The notes under the pieces were generated by a model. The model was not told the origin of the DNA, did not search any database, and saw only the letters and a program-made list of their open reading frames with translations. From the NCBI GenBank assembly GCA_963709405.1, contig CAVPXM010000069.1:1-64000 (forward strand): a DNA stretch of 64,000 nucleotides, in the 5' to 3' direction. Below, in pieces: positions 56,221 through 64,000 of this stretch; the first letter of the stretch is position 1, and the number at the start of each line of letters is the position of its first letter. Position numbers and translations under genes: made by a program. Source of the stretch: an uncultured Nitrososphaerales archaeon (GTDB lineage Archaea; Thermoproteota; Nitrososphaeria; Nitrososphaerales; Nitrososphaeraceae).

Positions 56221-57582
56221 TCAATATTTTTTATGTTCAAGCCGCATTCGCATACCATACTTGGGACGTAATGTAATAAGCGGCTTGAGTTCAACCTTGT
56301 GGTCAAGATCATGAAACATTCTCCATTGGCGGCATATTGTGGCCACTATCAATATGGCTTCCATCCAAGCAAACGCCTCCCCTACGCATCCCCTGATGCC
56401 TCCGCCAAATGGGAAGTAACTAAACCTAGGAATCTGAGTCCTGGTCTCCTTTGTCCATCGCTCCGGATAAAAGAGCTCGGGTTCAGGAAAGTATTTGGGG
56501 TTACGATGCATTACGTACTGACTCATTAAAATGATCGATTTGGCAGGTATTACGTAGCCGTCGACGCTGTAATCATTTATTGCTTGACGTCCAAGAGTCC
56601 ATGCTGGAGGGTAAAGCCTCATTGATTCTCTAACAACTTTTTCTGTGTATTCTAAGTTGGGTATATCTTCAACGGTTGGAACTCTTAGCTCTTGGCTATT
56701 CATATCATGGTTACTGCCATTACCGTTATTTAGTACAGTCTTTAGTTCCTCATATAATTTGGCTTCAACTGATGGATATTCAGACAAGAGATAAAATGTC
56801 CAAGTAAGAGCATTTGCAGTAGTTTCATGGCCAGCTAAAAATATCGTCATGACTTCATCTCTCAGTTGTGAATCTGTCATACGTTTAATACCGGCTTCTG
56901 AATCTTGAGCATCTAACAACGTGTACAACAAGTCCAAGTTTGTTCTCCCTCTGGCTTCGTTATCTCGATGCTCTCTAATCATATCATATACGATAGAATC
57001 TAATCTTTTCTTGGCTTGTTGAAAGCCTTTGTTGATGGGCAGTATTGGTATCTTTTCAATAAGCTCTCCGAACGGCATAAGCAAGCGATTAAAGTATTCT
57101 GCACAAGTTAGCAAGTCGTCACCAACTTGACTTGCCTCAGCTGATTTAATGTCTGAACCCAAAACAGCTTTACTAATGATTGCTGATGTGACGTTTATCA
57201 TGCTCTTATGAATCTCTAATATTGTTCCATCATTCCAATCCCTGCACATGTTCTCCGCATATGATGTTACTATCTCACCATACTTCTTTACACGGTTGGG
57301 AAGAAATGCAGGTTGTATTATACGTCTCTGTCGATCATGATATTCTCCTTCGCTGGTTACAAGACCCTCCCCCAATAGGCGCTTTGAAACCTGCAAACCT
57401 CTACTTTTCTTAAAATTTTTGTAATCCTTGACAAGTACATTCTCTATAAATTCCGGGTTATTTAGTAGATACACATGCTGTCTTCCAAATTTAAAATGAG
57501 CTATATCGCCATACTCGTTCGCGATAGCCATGAGGGTTTCGGTGGGATTGTGGATAAATTCGCGCAATAGTTTGTTGGGCAA
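56221..57582 (-). CDS. Cytochrome P450 (longer type with PPGP N-terminus)
   Basis: LLGEGLVTSEG, IFLAGHETTA, ESMRLYPPAW, FYPERW, PFGGGIRGCVG; frame is open upstream through KYPPGP. Confidence 0.95.
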   Translation of the reverse strand: MPNKLLREFIHNPTETLMAIANEYGDIAHFKFGRQHVYLLNNPEFIENVLVKDYKNFKKSRGLQVSKRLLGEGLVTSEGEYHDRQRRIIQPAFLPNRVKKYGEIVTSYAENMCRDWNDGTILEIHKSMINVTSAIISKAVLGSDIKSAEASQVGDDLLTCAEYFNRLLMPFGELIEKIPILPINKGFQQAKKRLDSIVYDMIREHRDNEARGRTNLDLLYTLLDAQDSEAGIKRMTDSQLRDEVMTIFLAGHETTANALTWTFYLLSEYPSVEAKLYEELKTVLNNGNGSNHDMNSQELRVPTVEDIPNLEYTEKVVRESMRLYPPAWTLGRQAINDYSVDGYVIPAKSIILMSQYVMHRNPKYFPEPELFYPERWTKETRTQIPRFSYFPFGGGIRGCVGEAFAWMEAILIVATICRQWRMFHDLDHKVELKPLITLRPKYGMRMRLEHKKY

Positions 57583-58476
57583 TATTGAAGAAGGTCCTGG
57601 AGGATATTTTATCGGTACGAGCTGCTGGTGACAATCTTGTCTTTTACTCCTGTATTCTCGCCAAGATATAAAGCTGTGTTATAATGATCTAAAAAGAAAG
57701 GGCGGCATGTGTTGCAATTAATTTAGTTTTCCTGATATCAACTGACTGCGACATGCTAATGACCGGTCACTGACATATTTCATAAAGCAGGAATATGGTT
57801 GGAGAACATAAGGATGAAAAAATAGTAGATTTCTTTATAAGATCAATAATTTAATTGACTTGCAAGTACAATCTCATATAAAAATAAATCGCTGCTGTAT
57901 AATCCTTAGGTAACTTACCTCTCTGTCAACGATTATTATCAGATCCATTATCAATACAATATGAGAATGCCTTACATTCTCTTATGCAGGAGCTAGTTAA
58001 TGTGTGTATGTTCTGTTCCCTTGAAATAACAGGCATAAGCTAAAATAAAAGTTGGAATATGGCTTCTCTGAATTGATGTTATCTAACTCTCGACGTGGAG
58101 CGATAAGCGATATAGATTATATCGCCACGCCAGGAACGATAGTGACGGGAATTCTCAGTCATATAGGCCCGCTTTTTAGTTGTACGATTGTTTACCTGCC
58201 TGAATAATATTGTCATTCAAAAAATTAGAAATAGCATGCATTACCTCAATAAAATTTAATACTTGAATACGGCTACATTCATCAAGTATTACGTTATATA
58301 CTCCAGAATAGTATCTATGAACCACTATCAATATCCAATTTTCTATAAAACTGTCAAAGAAAATCTACTGGATTCAGTACAAAAAAAGTTGTTACACTAC
58401 CAATTATTTTCTTAGCGCACCTAAAGGCACGATGTTTCGTAATTGAGACACGCCAAAGACAATTGTCGTATTCAAT

Positions 58477-59442
58477 TCATTTTGGAGTTTCAATGAGCGA
58501 ACCAACCACCTCTGTCCATGCGTCTGCTATATTTTTTAGATTATAGCCCCCTCCGCCCAAGGCAATTATTCTCCCATTACAGTACTCGTGTGATAGTCTA
58601 TGCAAACTATCTGCTGCATATCTATGCGCCTTTGAGCTATATTGCAGGTGGGTTATCGGATCTCCGCTTATACCATCAGCACCACATTGTAAAATTATCA
58701 ATTCAGGCTTTGCTATATTCTCGACAAAAGCTTCAATTTCTTTAAAAGCAGCAATAAAATCGTTGTCAGTAGCACCTGGTCGTAACGGCAGATTCAACTT
58801 TGTGTTCTTGGCATCGCCAACCCCTGTTTCATATTCAAAACCGGTTCCTGGATATAGATAATGACCGTCTTCATGGATATCTGCAACAAAAAGCAATGGG
58901 TCATTTTCAAATTCGTAATATACTCCGTCACCATGGTGAGCATCTATATCTACATACAAGATTCTGTTGATTCCATACTTTTTTCTAGCTACTATGATCA
59001 TTACACCTATGTCGTTAAAAATGCAAAAACCACCTGCATAGCCTCGCCTTGCGTGATGTAATCCTCCGATAGGGTTGAATGCATGCAGAATCCCGTCTTT
59101 TCTTTCCACTATCAAATTCATTCCTTTAAGACTAGTACCAACGACATAGGAGGAAGCCTCGAATGCGCCGATGAAGGCTGGAGTGTCACCTCGATCCAAA
59201 AGACCAGTTCCAAGTTTTGAGGCATCTCTTACAAACTCTAAGTATGTCTTATCATGGAATTGGCTTATGGTTTCTGCTTTTGCAATTTCCGGAAGTTCTA
59301 TTTTAATCTGGTTAGATTTCTGGAAATTTAATTCATTGAATTTTGACCAGAATGCATATAATCTATTAGAATTGAACGGATGCGACCGCCCAAATCCATA
59401 TCTTGCTAGTTCTTCACCGAAAAAGACAGCTGTACGGCACAT
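58477..59442 (-). CDS. Histone deacetylase / AcuC-family Zn-dependent deacetylase
   Basis: HPF...R, GDTP, GGLHHA...GFCIFND, DIDAHHGDGV, YPGTG, QCGAD..GDP, GGGGY. Confidence 0.95.
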   Translation of the reverse strand: MCRTAVFFGEELARYGFGRSHPFNSNRLYAFWSKFNELNFQKSNQIKIELPEIAKAETISQFHDKTYLEFVRDASKLGTGLLDRGDTPAFIGAFEASSYVVGTSLKGMNLIVERKDGILHAFNPIGGLHHARRGYAGGFCIFNDIGVMIIVARKKYGINRILYVDIDAHHGDGVYYEFENDPLLFVADIHEDGHYLYPGTGFEYETGVGDAKNTKLNLPLRPGATDNDFIAAFKEIEAFVENIAKPELIILQCGADGISGDPITHLQYSSKAHRYAADSLHRLSHEYCNGRIIALGGGGYNLKNIADAWTEVVGSLIETPK

Positions 59443-59785
59443 AACAATTCAAATTATGAGGTGGGTCGGAAGATAAGTATTGTGCAATTTGAACGGCCAG
59501 ATTTGTTACGCCAACTGGATCACTAATTCTGAAAATTAACTAATGGTTTATTATCTATTGCCTAGCAAGTTGCATGGGAGTGCTTGGATACATCGAATGC
59601 CTGCATAATGAGGAGGATTTGCAGATATTAAAGGTTGTATAGCACACCGTGCCTATGATTGATAAACTATTATTATTATCAAAAATTAGCAGATGTCGGC
59701 TAACTTACAGCTATGAACTCAGGATTTAGCTTGCTTAAAGATGGTACTTGTTTATCGTCAAACATTTTATTATGTAGCTAATAAG

Positions 59786-60169
59786 CTATACAAATCGTTC
59801 TTCTTGCTTAAGCACTTCTTCTCCACGAGCCTTTGTAGATATATCAAATGCATCGGCAACTTCCTTCACAAAAATATAACCATGAGCATGCTTATCTGGT
59901 TTCAAACTACTCGTAATATCATCGACAATCCCCGGCACTGCAGAATCGGTCACTATGGTTTCCACCTTGCTTCTTTTCACGAATTCTGGAGTGATCATCC
60001 TTCCGGACATGTAAGCCCTAACTTGTTCCGGTATAGCGTCATGTTTAGTGCGGCCGGAACCCATAACCTCGGTAAAAGTCAGGCCCATGACATTATGCTT
60101 GTGAAGGATTTCTGTCACTTCAAATAGTTTTTCGTGAGGAATATAAATTGTTAATTCCTTCATTGACAA
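59786..60169 (-). CDS. P-II family signal transduction protein, divergent
   Basis: MKEL..YI..EKL.EV..L...V.GLT..EV.G.GR, KVE.IV.D, G.IFV..V..A..I.T...GEE.L. Confidence 0.88.
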   Translation of the reverse strand: MSMKELTIYIPHEKLFEVTEILHKHNVMGLTFTEVMGSGRTKHDAIPEQVRAYMSGRMITPEFVKRSKVETIVTDSAVPGIVDDITSSLKPDKHAHGYIFVKEVADAFDISTKARGEEVLKQEERFV

Positions 60170-60189
60170 ATGTTAATTACTATTAGTAG

Positions 60190-60206
60190 AAATATAAACA
60201 TTTATC
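60190..60206 (-). promoter_or_regulatory. Archaeal BRE/TATA-like promoter of the P-II gene
   Basis: Minus strand GATAAATG-TTTATATT about 24 nt upstream of TTG 60169, spacing typical of a leaderless transcript. Confidence 0.45.
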
Positions 60207-60540
60207 AATCAGCTTTTCAAGGTAAGAATGTCCAAAAAATTAGGTGTTTGTAAATTATTTGGCATATTTCAAAATTAAGATTGTACTTGGTTTAATAATT
60301 GGTCTAACTGATTCAAATCGTTCCCGAACACCATATGCTACTGATGCACGTTAATCTGTTCACACAGAATTAGATTTTCGTGATCCATACTTAAAGGCTA
60401 TAGGGATGCGATTTCCTTAGCTGCCTGCCAATTGAGACTAATTAGTTTCTTTATCTATGGCACCTATATTCCTAAATATCATATACTTTATCGCAATGAA
60501 TGCCAAAACCTGGCTGAATAGATTGTAATCCTCGTGGAGG

Positions 60541-61221
60541 TTAGTATACATTTACTATAATCCAGTATAACCCGTAGATAAGCAACAACAGATTCAAACC
60601 CAGAAGAACTACAGTGTAAAACCTTGAAGTTAATATAGATATTCCCCTGAATGCAAAATAAGATGTACCTCCGAGCCAGGCATAATCCATCCATATGTGA
60701 AAAATAAATACGGCTAAACTACCTAACAAGATACCAAAAAGAGATATCGAATCAGAAATTATTTTCAGTCCTACAGTGAACCACCATACCAGAAAAAAAG
60801 GATTCAGCAAACTGAATAGAATGCCGCCAATAATTGGCTTGTTACCTAATGCATATTTACTCCTGTTCCCAGGAATATCGCCAGAAACAACATTATTCTT
60901 ATTCCTAGCCATGATACTCCGAATTTGTAGGACTGAGAGAAAGATAATTGTGATCCCACCCAACAGTCCAATAAACCTGAGAATTTCGTTGCTCGCAATG
61001 ACAGGTGCCGAAAAATGGAATAGACCAATTGACAGTATAATAATTATAGGGAGCTCTACGATAGTGTGGCCGTACGCCGTCTTTATTCCACCACGAAAGC
61101 CTTGCGTACTTCCATAAATGAGATTGGCAAAAAATAGCGGCCCTGGAGATAGGACACCTGAGGCTGATAGAAGTATAACCTCTATTGCAAATTCAAACGT
61201 ATTCACGCTCAGACTTAACAT
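60541..61221 (-). CDS. LysE-family translocator
   Basis: SGVLSPGPLF, GHTIVELP, SLLNPFFLVWW, HIWMDYAW. Confidence 0.9.
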   Translation of the reverse strand: MLSLSVNTFEFAIEVILLSASGVLSPGPLFFANLIYGSTQGFRGGIKTAYGHTIVELPIIIILSIGLFHFSAPVIASNEILRFIGLLGGITIIFLSVLQIRSIMARNKNNVVSGDIPGNRSKYALGNKPIIGGILFSLLNPFFLVWWFTVGLKIISDSISLFGILLGSLAVFIFHIWMDYAWLGGTSYFAFRGISILTSRFYTVVLLGLNLLLLIYGLYWIIVNVY

Positions 61222-62158
61222 TGAGATAGGAGAATTAATAGTTAAAACGTATTACTATTAGTTGTGAATATCGCTTTTGAAATATAAAATTGCCACGTAA
61301 AAATAAATAATGAACTAAAATGCTTAACGCTTACATTATATAGACTTGGATAGATAAACGACAGAGCTTGGCAATGCTAAGACAAGGGAGGACTCTACTT
61401 TTGAGGTGCCAATCAACCCAGGCATGGATTTACATGTAAATTCTTCCATCATTTTGAGTGATATAATGGTCGTGATTCCATAGATGGCGAGTGCAGACTT
61501 GGCTGATACTAGATATCTAATTAGTAGCCACATTATGGCCTGGCTAAAGATTCGATAATTTATTGAATTTGCAATTTCAGATAACCTCAGGGATAGGATA
61601 TAATGGGGGAATTGATTTTCTTATCATCAAATATGCCAGACAATCCGTATCTTTCACCATCAATCACTTTACATAGACTCAATTATACTTTGTGATCTTA
61701 TCAACATGCGCTATGAAATATTCTCACATAATTTGTGTTGGTAGGCTTAAAAGAATGAACCGACATCCGTTCTAAATATTATCCGTCGCGGCATAGCCTG
61801 ATTTATAGTCCCTACAAGTATTATACCTTGAATGGAAACAAAAGGAGAAAACGTTATTATGGAGAATAAAATAGTTTCATTATTAGTCTATCACCGATAA
61901 GCAAATCATTACCCCACCATCAAGAGGTAAGAAACCGATTATGAGTGCATTAGAATATATAGGCTTATGAATAAAAACGAGGAGCATCTTTAATCCACCA
62001 AAATTAGAACACACAACAAAAATTTTAACACTGATGCCATATTTATCATCAAGATCCCAGATATATTCAAGGATGCAAAAATGGTAGAGTTAACTATTGA
62101 CATTGATTAATAAAACAAGTTTATTAATGAGCGTGATTATAGCGGAGAATAGCATACT

Positions 62159-64000
62159 ATGCCTAGTTCACGTTTGCTAAAAGGCCTGTTTGTTCCGTTG
62201 CTGGTATTTTTCTCGGTATCCATTGTATTGTTGATATCAACCCTTACGAATAGTAGCATTTTTACGCCGGGTTTTGCAAAATCTGCCGACCGAAAAATAT
62301 CGCTGACGTCATCAGGTGGGGGCGACGATCAAGGCCTCAGATCTAGAAATAATCAATTACGGAACGAGACTGAGCCTCCGTCAACATCACCGCCGTTGGT
62401 ACCTGAGCCACCGACAAAGAGTGGAACCGGTACGCTTACCCTCAAAAAAATTGTGGTTAACGATGGTGGAGGTAACAGAAGACCATCAGATTTTACAATT
62501 AATGTCGATGGAAATAATCCTACTCCACAATCATTTCCCGGCAGCTCTTCAGGCACATCAGTTGAATTAATCAATGGTAGATATTCAGTTACAGAAACCG
62601 GTCCATCTGGTTATACTTCAAACCCATCATCAGGATGTTCGGGTTCAATAAACCCAGACCAGGAGAGGAATTGTACGATAACTAACGTGTACAATAAGCC
62701 TGTCCCACCACCTGTAACCACTGGAAAAATAATAGTTACTAAACAGGTAATTAACGATGGTGGAGGTAACAGAAGACCATCAGATTTTACAATTAATGTC
62801 GATGGAAATAATCCTACTCCACAATCATTTCCCGGAAGTTCAGCTGGCTCCACAGTGACAATAAATCCTGGAAAGTATCAAGTATCAGAACAAGGCCCAG
62901 TATCTTCTCAATACGTGCCTGGTAAGTATACACCTATCTATTCAGCAGAATGCAATGGAGTTGTCAAAGCGGGCCAAACAAATAACTGTATTATCACGAA
63001 CAAGTATAATTCATTCATCCCAGGCCTGCTATCGAAATTAATAGTTACTAAAAAGGTAATTAACGATGGTGGAGGCAACAAAAGACCATCAGATTTCACC
63101 ATCACAGTACATGGAAATAGTCCTTCACCTGGGTCTTTCCCGGGAAGTTCCTCTGGGACCCACGTGGAGTTGAAGACAGGCAAGTACAGTATTACCGAAA
63201 CGGGTCCTACCTCTCGCTACACCACTGACTACTCAAAAGATTGTTCAGGAAATGCTAGTCCTAACTCGATCAAGAAATGTAATATTACAAATGTCTATCA
63301 GGAACCAGGACCAACTTCTAAATTGATAGTTATAAAAAATATTGTAAATGATCAACAAGAATCTTCAATAACCAAAAGACCATCAGATTTCACTATCACG
63401 GTAGATGGAAATAATCCTTCACCTAGGTCGTTCCCAGGAAAATCAAATAGTGGTATTTCAATTTCAATATATCCTGGTAGATATTCTGTGACTGAAAAAA
63501 CTCAATCAGGGTATACGGTAGACTACTCCACAGATTGTGAGGGAAATATAAAATCAGGGCAAACAAAGGTATGCATAATTACTAATGAAGTCACATCGCA
63601 ATCATTACCTATCCTAGTTACACAACCAACGATCAAGAATATTACTGGATTCTCCGTCCCATACGGAGTTGCAACGGATACTGAAAGTGGTAACGTCTTT
63701 GTGACAAACTTCGGCAGATTCAATACAACTGGAAGTGTATCAATAATAAATAGTTCTACTAACAATGTAACAAGTTCTGTCCTCGTCGCTAAGAATCCGC
63801 AAGCTGTGGCTTACAATTCTGCAAATGGTCTTGTATACGTCGCTAATCTCTTGTCAAATACTTTATCAGTAATCAATGGTACTACAAGCAAGGTGGTAAA
63901 TTCGATTCCCGTTGGCAAATCTCCTGGCAATAGTCCAAACGGAATAGACATTAATTCCATAAATGACACTGTTTACACAATCAATTCAGGATCAAACACC
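62159..64000 (+). CDS. Surface protein with 4 SpaA/CnaB-like (prealbumin-fold) repeats followed by a YVTN/YncE beta-propeller; runs off the window
   Basis: Uninterrupted frame from ATG 62159: signal peptide, Pro-rich linker, 4x (L.V.K.V.ND...PSDFTI.V.GN.P.P.SFPG...G.Y.V.E...C.G......C.ITN), then PYGVA..VFVTN / PQAVAYN..VYVAN blades. Missing from the ORF track because it has no stop in the window. Confidence 0.9.
   Translation, partial: MPSSRLLKGLFVPLLVFFSVSIVLLISTLTNSSIFTPGFAKSADRKISLTSSGGGDDQGLRSRNNQLRNETEPPSTSPPLVPEPPTKSGTGTLTLKKIVVNDGGGNRRPSDFTINVDGNNPTPQSFPGSSSGTSVELINGRYSVTETGPSGYTSNPSSGCSGSINPDQERNCTITNVYNKPVPPPVTTGKIIVTKQVINDGGGNRRPSDFTINVDGNNPTPQSFPGSSAGSTVTINPGKYQVSEQGPVSSQYVPGKYTPIYSAECNGVVKAGQTNNCIITNKYNSFIPGLLSKLIVTKKVINDGGGNKRPSDFTITVHGNSPSPGSFPGSSSGTHVELKTGKYSITETGPTSRYTTDYSKDCSGNASPNSIKKCNITNVYQEPGPTSKLIVIKNIVNDQQESSITKRPSDFTITVDGNNPSPRSFPGKSNSGISISIYPGRYSVTEKTQSGYTVDYSTDCEGNIKSGQTKVCIITNEVTSQSLPILVTQPTIKNITGFSVPYGVATDTESGNVFVTNFGRFNTTGSVSIINSSTNNVTSSVLVAKNPQAVAYNSANGLVYVANLLSNTLSVINGTTSKVVNSIPVGKSPGNSPNGIDINSINDTVYTINSGSNT
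62457..62835 (+). repeat. Two identical 85-bp segments (62457-62541 and 62751-62835) in domain repeats 1 and 2
   Basis: TTAACGATGGTGGAGGTAACAGAAGACC...TCATTTCCCGG identical in both copies. Confidence 0.92.

Noticed and set aside
62316-63765. Several short ORFs in the track, mostly on the minus strand
   Set aside because: Shadows of the long plus-strand surface-protein gene

Overview
AT-rich (roughly mid-30s % GC, judged by eye) archaeal chromosome segment. The gene families point to a soil ammonia-oxidising archaeon of the Nitrososphaeraceae (inference): large soluble histidine kinases with repeated N-terminal domains, CHRD, PQQ sugar dehydrogenase, GYD, a divergent P-II, and small secreted low-complexity proteins. 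It is an accessory, heavily decaying region. About 30 apparently intact genes are present: type IA topoisomerase, aldo/keto reductase, ABC transporters, two P450s, two histidine kinases, an AcuC/HDAC-family deacetylase, P-II, LysE, GNAT plus amidohydrolase, and a surface protein with isopeptide-type repeats. These are interleaved with more than 20 pseudogenes or short gene shards and four IS elements (IS630, IS6, IS5, IS1595; IS6 and IS1595 have clear TIRs and 8-bp TSDs). No rRNA, tRNA or CRISPR array was seen. The most notable signals are: (i) unannotated terminase-large-subunit-like and HTH (TerS-like) remnants bracketing a two-component pair; (ii) a CnaB/SpaA-type repeat plus beta-propeller surface protein missed by the ORF track; (iii) a secreted His/Trp/Cys pentapeptide-repeat peptide; (iv) a His/Met helical-repeat protein; (v) a non-canonical P-II. 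All family assignments come from motif recognition by eye, not from database searches.
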